DNA of 64,000 nt from Candidatus Cloacimonadales bacterium (GTDB lineage Bacteria > Cloacimonadota > Cloacimonadia > Cloacimonadales > JAFGVF01), in assembly GCA_963678315.1 (NCBI GenBank), contig OY782781.1, positions 2,144,001 to 2,208,000 on the forward strand, read 5' to 3'. Each line of letters starts with the position of its first letter. The stretch's first letter is position 1. Below, in pieces: positions 47,302 to 58,322 of this stretch. The notes beneath the pieces are model-generated. The model did not search any database. It saw only the letters and a program-made list of their open reading frames with translations, and was not told the DNA's origin. The position numbers were made by a program, and so were the translations under genes.

Positions 47302-47388
47302 TGGTACCAGAGGCCGGACTTGAACCGGCACGGTATTGCTACCGAGGGATTTTAAGTCCCTTGTGTCTACCATTTCCACCACTCCGGC
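47302..47388 (-). tRNA. tRNA-Leu(TAA)
   Basis: GCCGGAGTGGTGGAAATGGTAGAC...CTTAAAA..., long variable arm, CCA end. Confidence 0.97.
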
Positions 47389-47449
47389 AAAGAGACTAAA
47401 TCGGAAATATGACAAGTTTAAAACTATAAAGTCAAATAATGTAAAGATA

Positions 47450-47524
47450 TGGAGCGGGAAATGGGGTTCGAACCCACGACCCCAACGTTGGCAACGTTGT
47501 GCTCTACCACTGAGCTACTCCCGC
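47450..47524 (-). tRNA. tRNA-Gly(GCC)
   Basis: Identical to 47213-47287. Confidence 0.97.
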
Positions 47525-47538
47525 TTCTTAGAAATGTA

Positions 47539-47625
47539 TGGTACCAGAGGCCGGACTTGAACCGGCACGGTATTGCTACCGAGGGATTTTAAGTCCCTTG
47601 TGTCTACCATTTCCACCACTCCGGC
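47539..47625 (-). tRNA. tRNA-Leu(TAA)
   Basis: Identical to 47302-47388. Confidence 0.97.
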
Positions 47626-47644
47626 AAAAATTCAAAACAAATAA

Positions 47645-47718
47645 TGGAGGCGACACCCAGATTCGAACTGGGGATGGAGATTTTGCAGACCTCTGCCTTA
47701 CCACTTGGCGATGTCGCC
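47645..47718 (-). tRNA. tRNA-Cys(GCA)
   Basis: GGCGACATCGCCAAGTGGTAAGGC...CTGCAAA...GTTCGAATC...CTCCA. Confidence 0.97.
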
Positions 47719-47775
47719 ATTATTTATTATCTTCACATTATCACACTATATACTTTTATCACATGGTTTAATAAA

Positions 47776-47850
47776 TGGAGCGGGAAATGGGGTTCGAACC
47801 CACGACCCCAACGTTGGCAACGTTGTGCTCTACCACTGAGCTACTCCCGC
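47776..47850 (-). tRNA. tRNA-Gly(GCC)
   Basis: Third identical copy; first in transcription order. Confidence 0.97.
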
Positions 47851-48051
47851 TCAACCATGTGAGAGGATAAATAATATAGGGCTGTTATCCTGTCAATACC
47901 TTTTTTATAGTATTTTATGTTTGGATACTGGAATAATAATCCCATATATTCTATTTGCAATAAATTAGGCTTATTTAAAAACTTTTAAAATATTTAATTA
48001 AATATTAACAATAGTGGTATTTTACCACTTGTGCATAATGATAAATTCGTT

Positions 48052-48160
48052 AGTGACTATTTATGAATATCACACACCTCATAGTATCAAGCGTTTAGAT
48101 GAACTTAAATTTGGTTCGACTTCGGTTAAACACTATAAAACCAGGGCAACTGTAATATGA
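48052..48160 (+). pseudogene. 3' remnant of the 32197-32622 paralogue
   Basis: TIYEYHTPHSIKRLDELKFGSTSVKHYKTRATVI vs TIYDYLTPLGIKRLDELKFGSKAVKHHRTRATVI. Confidence 0.85.
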
Positions 48161-48621
48161 GGGTAGATACTGAAATATTAAAAGCTATCTACTCTGCAAT
48201 AGAGAGTAAACTACACCTTATCGGTAGTGTTATTGAAGGTAAGACCAGAAGGCTTATCCTAGAGAAGAACATCAAAGACAAGGGTGATTTCTATCAAAAC
48301 ACAAGCTATGCTGTAAGCTTTAACAGCTCTTCTATTGACCTTGTAGTAGGATCTAATGTGCCACATGAACAATATGTTCTGGGTGGTAAAGTACCTTCAT
48401 GGACTCCAATCCAACCACTTAAAGATTGGGTTGCTCGTAAAGGTTTAGACTGGGTAGATAAGAAAACAGGTGAACAACTTACAATTGAAAATATTGCCTA
48501 TATGATAAGAGCTAAAATAAAACGTGAGGGTGTTCCTGAACGTAATGTCTTTGCTGAGGTTATCCAAAACCAAGAAAAGTGGATTTTTAGTCAGTTAGAT
48601 TCTATTGAGGTGGTTCTATGA
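48157..48621 (+). CDS. Phage virion-morphogenesis protein, paralogue of 32619-33083
   Basis: 154 aa, nearly identical protein sequence. Confidence 0.85.
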   Translation: MRVDTEILKAIYSAIESKLHLIGSVIEGKTRRLILEKNIKDKGDFYQNTSYAVSFNSSSIDLVVGSNVPHEQYVLGGKVPSWTPIQPLKDWVARKGLDWVDKKTGEQLTIENIAYMIRAKIKREGVPERNVFAEVIQNQEKWIFSQLDSIEVVL

Positions 48622-48827
48622 CTTTTCAAGACAAACGAATCGCTATTGTAAGAGCACTTGTTGACACAGGTATTTCCATCAAACATATCGCTTTTTCTAA
48701 AGATACTATTCCAAACTCTTTTCCTTCAGCTATTGTAGTTTTAGAAGGTGAAAAAGGGAAAAACAAATCTTCCAAAAGATATTTAGCATTTGAACATGAC
48801 ATCCAAATCATTAAAAGAGTTATTTAG
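48618..48827 (+). pseudogene. Truncated paralogue of 33080-33454
   Basis: Homology stops after ...LAFEHDIQ (~48805). Confidence 0.85.
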
Positions 48828-48893
48828 TCAAAATTAAGCAACATCTATCCTTTCTAACTATTCGAGGTTAAATATTATGTAAATCAAATTTTA

Positions 48894-50472
48894 CAAGCAT
48901 ACCCCCAAAAAACCTTATAGCCAAAGAGCTAACTAATAGTGAATAAGTATTCTAGAGATATAGTTTGTCAGGTAAAAATTAGATTTACGGCATGTATTTC
49001 AAAAATCAACTTTATGATTAAATTTTAATTTAACTTCCCAGAAAAGGCTAATATTAAGCCATTTTTCGAGGGGATATAAGTAATTGATAAATAATAAAAT
49101 AAATTAAAATATTTATTGAAAAAGAAGAGCTCCTTAAATAAATTGAATTTACTACAAAACAAAAAATAGGGAGCTCTCTAAATATGAAATTAGTAAAAAA
49201 TAGTGTTGTAAAATTGCAAGGGAAATTTTCCAAAAAAGTAAAAAAGTATGCACAAGGATTAAGTCTGCCTGAATATAAAGCATTGAAAGACATAACTAAA
49301 GGCATTATTTCTTCAGGTTCAATAATAGTAAGGCAGATAGCTACTTCTTTACATGAAAGCATTAGTTTAGACAAAGTGTGTGAAAGATTATATAGAAACC
49401 TTAAGAAAGAAAAGCTTGGAAATATAGTTAGTGATAATATATTAAAATCAAACTGTTCAAAAGCTACGAAAGATACCTATTTTATTGTTGATGACTCGGA
49501 TATTGTTAAGCCAAGATCTAATAAATTAGAAGGTCTATCAGTAGTTAGAGATGGATCTACGGGGAAACGTGTTAAAGGTTATCATTTATTCAACATCACT
49601 TCATTAACAGATAATGGTAAATATCATTCGATATTACCTATATGTAGTAAGTTATATAGCAACAAGATAGAGGAAGACACTTCAAAAAACATGCTTGAAG
49701 ATAAAATTATAGATATTACCATTCACAGCAATAACAAAGGAACTTTTGTTTTTGATAGAGGCTATGATAGTCGCAAACTAATAAATTTACTCACCCAAAA
49801 CGAAAACAACTATATACTTCGAAGTACAGGTAGAAGAGATCTCATTGTTGATGATAAAGAAATTGATTTTGTATCGGTGGTTAAGCAAGTTAAACTAAAA
49901 CATAAAGTTATAACTTCTGATAAAACAGTTTTAAGATGTGGAGTAAAAAAAGTTAAGATAAGAACCAATCCTCACAAAAGAAAATACCCAGACACAGTTG
50001 AGGCAAATCTTGTTATTGCAAGATATGGTAAAAAAGGGGGACTATTTTATTTCTTGTGCAATTTTAACGATGATAGTTTAACTGATTATGAGGTTATATT
50101 GAAAACTCTACGAGGATATAGAAAAAGGTGGAAAATTGAAGAGTTTCATAGACATATAAAACAAGAATTTAACTGGGAAAGTGTTCAATTAATGTCTTAT
50201 ATAGGACTAAAAAACATTAATACTATTTTGATGGTTGAGGTAGATATTGTTTATTCTTCGATAAGGTATATTGATGATCTTTTGTACCAATATCCGGAGT
50301 TTGGTAGTCTAAAAAATATAAAGCATACCTATGTGTATTAAAAACTTAGTAGAATAATAAAAAATATATTTAGTAATTCTAAATTAAAGAAAATGGTACC
50401 TCATAAAGGTGAATATCATGATAAGTTACAACTACGAATCAATTTTACTTAAAAAAAATGGGGGTATGCTAA
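48894..50472 (+). mobile_element. IS4-family-like insertion sequence with 13-bp target duplication
   Basis: TIR AGCATACCCCCA / TGGGGGTATGCT; AAATCAAATTTTA at 48881-48893 and 50473-50485. Confidence 0.85.
49184..50452 (+). pseudogene. DDE transposase (IS4-like) with probable premature stop at 50339
   Basis: VDDSD, FDRGYD, YRKRWKIEEFHR (Y-x2-R-x3-E); frame continues 36 codons past the TAA to a stop next to the right TIR. Confidence 0.75.
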
Positions 50473-50588
50473 AAATCAAATTTTAATCTTGACAGTTACA
50501 ATAATATGTCTTTAGCTTGTTTCAGTAATGGAAGTATCAAATTAAAGTACCCTCTAATTGTAAAACTTTCATTTTAAAGGTAGTTATT

Positions 50589-51620
50589 ATGGTTAAAGTT
50601 TTGGTTTATAGTTTTAAAATAATTTTTGTACTCTGCTTTAGTTTATTCACTTATACAACTTTACATAGTGAATCACAACTCTTATTATTACCAGAGTTAG
50701 ATTATTTTCAGTTAGAACAAGATATCTTTGTATCCTTGAATATAGATAACATTGATGACTTATATGGCATATCATGTGATATTGTCTTTGATCCAACATC
50801 AGCTTCTTTTGATCAAATTGATGAAGGAAACTTTCTAAATATTAATGGAAACAGTACAGTAATGCAATATGATACATTTTCTAATAATAGGATTATATTT
50901 GCTTTATCATTAATTGGTCAGGTTCCAGGTGTTTGTTGTGCAGGTAGTTCAACTGTGGCAGTTTTTAAATTCAACCCTCTTTTGTATTCTATTTCTTGTA
51001 TCAGCTTAGAAAATATAATTTTATTAGACTCCAATTTAGAAGAAATAGAATGTATTAGTTCCAATTGTTTAATAAATATTGGGGGGATACCTTCAATTAT
51101 AGATATCCCAAATATAGAGATACCTCTTTATGAGCAGCATACCATTTATCTAACTGAGTTCGTTTTTGACCCAAACACGTCATTCGAGGAATTATCAATT
51201 ACAACCAGCTTTCCACAGCAATTAAATGTATTCACTAATGAAACAGATTTAACCATTCAGAGTTTAAATGAAACAGGTAATTTTAATATAACTCTGACAG
51301 TCAGTGATAATAATTTCTTAGTAGAAAAAAATATATGCGTATTAGTAAATCCAATTACGGCTATTTTTGATGAAGATGACGTATATACTTTTGATAGCAT
51401 AGATATTTTCCCAAATCCAACAAGGGACAATATAGAAATAAATTCAAATAATAAAAGTAAACTTACATACAACATTTATAATATAAAAGGACAAAAATTA
51501 ATATTTGATAAAGTTGGCAATTCGAGAAGCATTTCATTATCTAAATATCCAACAGGTATATATTTTATCAAATTCAATAATGAAAAAAGTACTATAAAAA
51601 AAATAATTAAGTTACATTAG
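50589..51620 (+). CDS. Secreted cohesin-domain protein with Ig-like and T9SS-like CTD
   Basis: DLYGISCDIVFDP cohesin-like motif; IFPNPT...IYNIKGQ...TGIYFIK. Confidence 0.7.
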   Translation: MVKVLVYSFKIIFVLCFSLFTYTTLHSESQLLLLPELDYFQLEQDIFVSLNIDNIDDLYGISCDIVFDPTSASFDQIDEGNFLNINGNSTVMQYDTFSNNRIIFALSLIGQVPGVCCAGSSTVAVFKFNPLLYSISCISLENIILLDSNLEEIECISSNCLINIGGIPSIIDIPNIEIPLYEQHTIYLTEFVFDPNTSFEELSITTSFPQQLNVFTNETDLTIQSLNETGNFNITLTVSDNNFLVEKNICVLVNPITAIFDEDDVYTFDSIDIFPNPTRDNIEINSNNKSKLTYNIYNIKGQKLIFDKVGNSRSISLSKYPTGIYFIKFNNEKSTIKKIIKLH

Positions 51621-51628
51621 GAGTATTT

Positions 51629-54600
51629 ATGAAAAAGGTTATTTTCTCACTTTTCTTAGTTTCAATTTTCAGTTTTATGTTTGGTTATACTGAAGTAAGT
51701 GGTAATATCTCAGAAGATACAACATGGAATGATGCTGTATATTCTGTTACTAATAATATTCATGTTCAAAATAATGCAACACTTACCATTGCTGCAGGAA
51801 CAATTATTAAATTCCATTACAGGAAAAATATCCAGGTCAGTGGAAATCTAGTTCTACAAAGTACTTCAACTTCAAAAATTATATTCACATCAATAAAGGA
51901 TGATACTTATGGTGGTGATACAAACAATGACGGTTCATCATCTACACCTAATGATGCTGATTGGGGATACTTTAAATTTACAACAGCAGATGAAATTAAT
52001 TTTCACGATGTAATTGTTAAATATGGAGGATATAACAGTTATTGTTTTTACGTTCAAGATTCAGTAGTGGAATTTAATTCATGTCATATAGAGGACTGTC
52101 ACCAAGTAGGCATACTTGCAAACTGCAACATAACAGTAAACAACACAACAATAAAAGGATGTAGTATTGGAATAAAAACGGATCAATCTAATAATGAATT
52201 CAAATATCCAATCATTAGTAACTGTACTTTTGAAGAAAACACCTATCCTGTTGTTCAATATAATGGTTCTTTCCCTGTTTACTACAATAATACATTTACT
52301 AACAATAGTTATCAAGGCATTGGGGTTCAAGGCACAATATCCAATTCAGAACTAACTGCTGAATGTACATGGTCTATGGAACATGGACTGCCATATATTT
52401 TATCAGACCATCTAACTATAAATGATAATATAACACTATCAATACCTGCTGGGTTTATTTTGAAAGCTACTATAAATTCTTCTGGCTATGGATATTATAG
52501 AAGATGCATTAATGTTAATGGTAATTTATTGGTAAATGGAACAGAAAACAATCCTGTATATTTCACGTCACTTAATGATGATAGCATTGGAGGTGACACT
52601 AATAGCGATTCTGATAATTCGATTCCCAATAAGGGGGACTGGGGATATATCAAATTTAATTCTTCAGCACAATCTAGTTTAGAACATTGTTATTTTAGGT
52701 TTGGAGGAAGAAAAAGACGATATAATAATTATTCAAGTAGTTATGACCAAAATTACTTATTATGGATCGATAATGCTAATATTGAGCTTAATAATGTAGT
52801 AGTTCAATCTGCTTATGATATAGGCATATCGACTAATAGTAATACTCAGTTAAACAACACTACTCTTAAACACTGTAATAAAGCAATTACAACCAACCAA
52901 CTTAATAATGAGTTTAAATATCCTATAATTAGCAACTGCTCCTTTGAAGAAAACACCTATCCTATAATTCAATACAACGGTTCTTTTCCTATCTATTCAA
53001 ATAATACTTTCACAAATAATAGTTATCAAGGCATCGGTGTTCAAGGTACAATATCCAATTCAGAGCTAACTGCTGAGTGTACATGGTCGTTGGAACATGG
53101 GTTACCGTATATTTTAACAGGAAATTTAACTATAAATGATAATATTAACATGATGTTTTCTCCTGGGTTAGTTTTAAAAGGTCAGAATCAGTATAATATA
53201 ACAGTTAATGGAAATTTAACAGCTAATGGACTAGAAAATAACCCAATCTATGTGACATCAATAAAAAATGATCTTGTAAATGGTGATACTAACAGTGATT
53301 TAGACAACTCCACTCCAGCTAAAGGAGATTGGGGTTATATCAAATTTTCTTCAACTTCTCAATCTAGCATAGCAAATTGTTTCTTAAGTTATGGAGGATA
53401 TAATAGTTATAACTTGTATGTTGATAATGCAGATTTATCTATTGATAACATTTCAATTGAAAATGCACAAAATATTGGTCTCTTGACAAACTGTAGTATT
53501 ACGATATCTAATAGTAATTTTAAAAACTGTACTATTGGAATAAAAACGGATCAATCTAATAATGAATTCAAATATCCAATCATTAGTAACTGTACTTTTG
53601 AAGAAAACACCTATCCTGTTGTTCAATATAATGGTTCTTTCCCTGTTTACTACAATAATACATTTACTAACAATAGTTATCAAGGCATTGGGGTTCAAGG
53701 CACAATATCCAATTCAGAACTAACTGCTGAATGTACATGGTCTATGGAACATGGACTGCCATATATTTTATCAGACCATCTAACTATAAATGATAATATA
53801 ACACTATCAATACCTGCTGGGTTTATTTTGAAAGCTACTATAAATTCTTCTGGCTATGGATATTATAGAAGATGCATTAATGTTAATGGTAATTTATTGG
53901 TAAATGGAACAGAAAACAATCCTGTATATTTCACGTCACTTAATGATGATAGCATTGGAGGTGACACTAATAGCGATTCTGATAATTCGATTCCCAATAA
54001 GGGGGACTGGGGATATATCAAATTTAATTCTTCAGCACAATCTAGTTTAGAACATTGTTATTTTAGGTTTGGAGGAAGAAAAAGACGATATAATAATTAT
54101 TCAAGTAGTTATGACCAAAATTACTTATTATGGATCGATAATGCTAATATTGAGCTTAATAATGTAGTAGTTCAATCTGCTTATGATATAGGCATATCGA
54201 CTAATAGTAATACTCAGTTAAACAACACTACTCTTAAACACTGTAATAAAGCAATTACAACCAACCAACTTAATAATGAGTTTAAATATCCTATAATTAG
54301 CAACTGCTCCTTTGAAGAAAACACCTATCCTATAATTCAATACAACGGTTCTTTTCCTATCTATTCAAATAATACTTTCACAAATAATAGTTATCAAGGC
54401 ATCGGTGTTCAAGGTACAATATCCAATTCAGAGCTAACTGCTGAGTGTACATGGTCGTTGGAACATGGGTTACCGTATATTTTAACAGGAAATTTAACTA
54501 TAAATGATAATATTAACATGATGTTTTCTCCTGGGTTAGTTTTAAAAGGTCAGAATCAGTATAATATAACAGTTAATGGAAATTTAACAGCTAATGGACT

Positions 54601-57600
54601 AGAAAATAACCCAATCTATGTGACATCAATAAAAAATGATCTTGTAAATGGTGATACTAACAGTGATTTAGACAACTCCACTCCAGCTAAAGGAGATTGG
54701 GGTTATATCAAATTTTCTTCAACTTCTCAATCTAGCATAGCAAATTGTTTCTTAAGTTATGGAGGATATAATAGTTATAACTTGTATGTTGATAATGCAG
54801 ATTTATCTATTGATAACATTTCAATTGAAAATGCACAAAATATTGGTCTCTTGACAAACTGTAGTATTACGATATCTAATAGTAATTTTAAAAACTGTAC
54901 TATTGGAATAAAAACGGATCAATCTAATAATGAATTCAAATATCCAATCATTAGTAACTGTACTTTTGAAGAAAACACCTATCCTGTTGTTCAATATAAT
55001 GGTTCTTTCCCTGTTTACTACAATAATACATTTACTAACAATAGTTATCAAGGCATTGGGGTTCAAGGCACAATATCCAATTCAGAACTAACTGCTGAAT
55101 GTACATGGTCTATGGAACATGGACTGCCATATATTTTATCAGACCATCTAACTATAAATGATAATATAACACTATCAATACCTGCTGGGTTTATTTTGAA
55201 AGCTACTATAAATTCTTCTGGCTATGGATATTATAGAAGATGCATTAATGTTAATGGTAATTTATTGGTAAATGGAACAGAAAACAATCCTGTATATTTC
55301 ACGTCACTTAATGATGATAGCATTGGAGGTGACACTAATAGCGATTCTGATAATTCGATTCCCAATAAGGGGGACTGGGGATATATCAAATTTAATTCTT
55401 CAGCACAATCTAGTTTAGAACATTGTTATTTTAGGTTTGGAGGAAGAAAAAGACGATATAATAATTATTCAAGTAGTTATGACCAAAATTACTTATTATG
55501 GATCGATAATGCTAATATTGAGCTTAATAATGTAGTAGTTCAATCTGCTTATGATATAGGCATATCGACTAATAGTAATACTCAGTTAAACAACACTACT
55601 CTTAAACACTGTAATAAAGCAATTACAACCAACCAACTTAATAATGAGTTTAAATATCCTATAATTAGCAACTGCTCCTTTGAAGAAAACACCTATCCTA
55701 TAATTCAATACAACGGTTCTTTTCCTATCTATTCAAATAATACTTTCACAAATAATAGTTATCAAGGCATCGGTGTTCAAGGTACAATATCCAATTCAGA
55801 GCTAACTGCTGAGTGTACATGGTCGTTGGAACATGGGTTACCGTATATTTTAACAGGAAATTTAACTATAAATGATAATATTAACATGATGTTTTCTCCT
55901 GGGTTAGTTTTAAAAGGTCAGAATCAGTATAATATAACAGTTAATGGAAATTTAACAGCTAATGGACTAGAAAATAACCCAATCTATGTGACATCAATAA
56001 AAAATGATCTTGTAAATGGTGATACTAACAGTGATTTAGACAACTCCACTCCAGCTAAAGGAGATTGGGGTTATATCAAATTTTCTTCAACTTCTCAATC
56101 TAGCATAGCAAATTGTTTCTTAAGTTATGGAGGATATAATAGTTATAACTTGTATGTTGATAATGCAGATTTATCTATTGATAACATTTCAATTGAAAAT
56201 GCACAAAATATTGGTCTCTTGACAAACTGTAGTATTACGATATCTAATAGTAATTTTAAAAACTGTACTATTGGAATAAAAACGGATCAATCTAATAATG
56301 AATTCAAATATCCAATCATTAGTAACTGTACTTTTGAAGAAAACACCTATCCTGTTGTTCAATATAATGGTTCTTTCCCTGTTTACTACAATAATACATT
56401 TACTAACAATAGTTATCAAGGCATTGGGGTTCAAGGCACAATATCCAATTCAGAACTAACTGCTGAATGTACATGGTCTATGGAACATGGACTGCCATAT
56501 ATTTTATCAGACCATCTAACTATAAATGATAATATAACACTATCAATACCTGCTGGGTTTATTTTGAAAGCTACTATAAATTCTTCTGGCTATGGATATT
56601 ATAGAAGATGCATTAATGTTAATGGTAATTTATTGGTAAATGGAACAGAAAACAATCCTGTATATTTCACGTCACTTAATGATGATAGCATTGGAGGTGA
56701 CACTAATAGCGATTCTGATAATTCGATTCCCAATAAGGGGGACTGGGGATATATCAAATTTAATTCTTCAGCACAATCTAGTTTAGAACATTGTTATTTT
56801 AGGTTTGGAGGAAGAAAAAGACGATATAATAATTATTCAAGTAGTTATGACCAAAATTACTTATTATGGATCGATAATGCTAATATTGAGCTTAATAATG
56901 TAGTAGTTCAATCTGCTTATGATACAGGAATCTATATTTATGGAGATGAAATATGCAATATTACAAATTCAACATTTCAAGAATGTAATACAGGAGTATA
57001 TATAAATGACTGTTCTGCATTAATAACTGATTGTTTGTTTACTTTCTGTAACACTGGTATATACTTTAATAAAGACACAATGTCTATAGTCTCAAATAGT
57101 AACTTTTCATTCTGTTCTGATCAAGCAATATACTTAAATGGAAATGGAGAAAATCCAACTCCATTAGTTACTGACTGTAATTTTATAAATAATCAAAACT
57201 TTAATGTAAAACTGAACTCTTATCAGGATCCTACTAGAACTCTGAATTTTGAAGATAACTGGTGGGGCACCAACAATGCAAGCTTAATTGAAGAGAAAAT
57301 CTATGATTTTAGTGATAATGAAAGTTGTGCAAGTGTTGATTACTCTCCTTATTTAACCCAAATTAACCAGGATATCTCTAATATTGCAGATTTCAATGGC
57401 AGTGGAAGAGTTGACGGGTTTGATTTAGCAATTCTTGGAAATACATTTGGAACTTCTTCTTCAGACGAAAATTATAATCTTGCAGTAGATTTAAATACAA
57501 GTGGAAGAATTGATGGATTTGATTTAGCCATCTTTGCAACTCACTTTGGTGAAATAGGACCTAATGATAGAGCATTGGATGATATTGAGAATAGTAACAC

Positions 57601-58312
57601 TAATTTAGTATCAAAATTGGAATTATCACATGATTATTCAAACTTAGAGATAGGAGATATCATTGAAATTCCGATCACTCTTAGAAATGATTATTCATGC
57701 TTAGGTATAGCATTTGATTTAGACTTTAATCCTGATATCTTTGAAGTAATTGATTTCTATTTTATGGATACAATGATATCTAACCAAAATATTAACTTCT
57801 ATAGTATAAATAATCAAGTTGGTAAAGTAATTATTGGTACCTCTACAAAATATCTTAATATTGATTACCTAAGAGGTTTAACCAATATAGCAACAGTTTC
57901 GTTTAAAGTTATTAGTCAATTTAGTAATGAAACAATTTTAGTTGATAATCAAAACTTGATAGAATATGGTGGGGCAACTTTTATAGAATTAGATGCGAAT
58001 GAGGTTGATCTTACTTCAGATGTTAATGAAGTTAGTTTTGTTGAAAGTCTTTCAAATTATCCGAATCCTTTTAACCCTACTACAACGATTTCATTTACAC
58101 TACCGAAATCAGAGGAAGTAGAAATCACTATATATAACATTAAAGGTCAGAGAGTAAAGGAACTTATAAAGGGACAGTTGAAAGCTGGTATAAATAACGT
58201 TATATGGGATGGGAAAAATGAAAACGGTCTGATGTCATCAAGTGGAGTATATTTATATAGAATAAAAACAGATAGTAATAATATTGTTAGAAAAATGTCA
58301 TTAATGAAATAG
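51629..58312 (+). CDS. Giant secreted beta-helix repeat protein with dockerin, cohesin and FlgD-Ig CTD (2227 aa)
   Basis: FTSxxDDxxGGDTN...GDWGYI repeats; DFNGSGRVDGFDLA / DLNTSGRIDGFDLA duplicated Ca-binding loops; GIAFDLDFNPD; NYPNPFNPTT. Confidence 0.85.
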   Translation: MKKVIFSLFLVSIFSFMFGYTEVSGNISEDTTWNDAVYSVTNNIHVQNNATLTIAAGTIIKFHYRKNIQVSGNLVLQSTSTSKIIFTSIKDDTYGGDTNNDGSSSTPNDADWGYFKFTTADEINFHDVIVKYGGYNSYCFYVQDSVVEFNSCHIEDCHQVGILANCNITVNNTTIKGCSIGIKTDQSNNEFKYPIISNCTFEENTYPVVQYNGSFPVYYNNTFTNNSYQGIGVQGTISNSELTAECTWSMEHGLPYILSDHLTINDNITLSIPAGFILKATINSSGYGYYRRCINVNGNLLVNGTENNPVYFTSLNDDSIGGDTNSDSDNSIPNKGDWGYIKFNSSAQSSLEHCYFRFGGRKRRYNNYSSSYDQNYLLWIDNANIELNNVVVQSAYDIGISTNSNTQLNNTTLKHCNKAITTNQLNNEFKYPIISNCSFEENTYPIIQYNGSFPIYSNNTFTNNSYQGIGVQGTISNSELTAECTWSLEHGLPYILTGNLTINDNINMMFSPGLVLKGQNQYNITVNGNLTANGLENNPIYVTSIKNDLVNGDTNSDLDNSTPAKGDWGYIKFSSTSQSSIANCFLSYGGYNSYNLYVDNADLSIDNISIENAQNIGLLTNCSITISNSNFKNCTIGIKTDQSNNEFKYPIISNCTFEENTYPVVQYNGSFPVYYNNTFTNNSYQGIGVQGTISNSELTAECTWSMEHGLPYILSDHLTINDNITLSIPAGFILKATINSSGYGYYRRCINVNGNLLVNGTENNPVYFTSLNDDSIGGDTNSDSDNSIPNKGDWGYIKFNSSAQSSLEHCYFRFGGRKRRYNNYSSSYDQNYLLWIDNANIELNNVVVQSAYDIGISTNSNTQLNNTTLKHCNKAITTNQLNNEFKYPIISNCSFEENTYPIIQYNGSFPIYSNNTFTNNSYQGIGVQGTISNSELTAECTWSLEHGLPYILTGNLTINDNINMMFSPGLVLKGQNQYNITVNGNLTANGLENNPIYVTSIKNDLVNGDTNSDLDNSTPAKGDWGYIKFSSTSQSSIANCFLSYGGYNSYNLYVDNADLSIDNISIENAQNIGLLTNCSITISNSNFKNCTIGIKTDQSNNEFKYPIISNCTFEENTYPVVQYNGSFPVYYNNTFTNNSYQGIGVQGTISNSELTAECTWSMEHGLPYILSDHLTINDNITLSIPAGFILKATINSSGYGYYRRCINVNGNLLVNGTENNPVYFTSLNDDSIGGDTNSDSDNSIPNKGDWGYIKFNSSAQSSLEHCYFRFGGRKRRYNNYSSSYDQNYLLWIDNANIELNNVVVQSAYDIGISTNSNTQLNNTTLKHCNKAITTNQLNNEFKYPIISNCSFEENTYPIIQYNGSFPIYSNNTFTNNSYQGIGVQGTISNSELTAECTWSLEHGLPYILTGNLTINDNINMMFSPGLVLKGQNQYNITVNGNLTANGLENNPIYVTSIKNDLVNGDTNSDLDNSTPAKGDWGYIKFSSTSQSSIANCFLSYGGYNSYNLYVDNADLSIDNISIENAQNIGLLTNCSITISNSNFKNCTIGIKTDQSNNEFKYPIISNCTFEENTYPVVQYNGSFPVYYNNTFTNNSYQGIGVQGTISNSELTAECTWSMEHGLPYILSDHLTINDNITLSIPAGFILKATINSSGYGYYRRCINVNGNLLVNGTENNPVYFTSLNDDSIGGDTNSDSDNSIPNKGDWGYIKFNSSAQSSLEHCYFRFGGRKRRYNNYSSSYDQNYLLWIDNANIELNNVVVQSAYDTGIYIYGDEICNITNSTFQECNTGVYINDCSALITDCLFTFCNTGIYFNKDTMSIVSNSNFSFCSDQAIYLNGNGENPTPLVTDCNFINNQNFNVKLNSYQDPTRTLNFEDNWWGTNNASLIEEKIYDFSDNESCASVDYSPYLTQINQDISNIADFNGSGRVDGFDLAILGNTFGTSSSDENYNLAVDLNTSGRIDGFDLAIFATHFGEIGPNDRALDDIENSNTNLVSKLELSHDYSNLEIGDIIEIPITLRNDYSCLGIAFDLDFNPDIFEVIDFYFMDTMISNQNINFYSINNQVGKVIIGTSTKYLNIDYLRGLTNIATVSFKVISQFSNETILVDNQNLIEYGGATFIELDANEVDLTSDVNEVSFVESLSNYPNPFNPTTTISFTLPKSEEVEITIYNIKGQRVKELIKGQLKAGINNVIWDGKNENGLMSSSGVYLYRIKTDSNNIVRKMSLMK
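52165..56924 (+). repeat. Intragenic tandem repeat, 1368 bp (456 aa) x ~3.5
   Basis: TATTGGAATAAAAACGGATC at 52165, 53533, 54901 and 56269; copies appear identical. Confidence 0.95.
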
Positions 58313-58322
58313 GAGTAGAACA

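Noticed and set aside
47213..47850. Duplicated tRNAs as attL/attR of an integrase-type prophage
   Set aside because: All copies are full-length and in one operon, no tyrosine or serine integrase is present, and element 1's ends are explained by DDE transposition.
47336..47862. Plus-strand ORFs over the tRNA cluster
   Set aside because: Antisense shadows of tRNA genes.
42248..50452. Programmed stop-codon readthrough or recoding at TAG 42311 and TAA 50339
   Set aside because: Both are isolated stops in decaying genes, and TAG and TAA terminate normal genes throughout the window.
52165..56924. DGR template/variable repeats
   Set aside because: No reverse transcriptase, copies are tandem and in frame, and no adenine-specific differences were seen.
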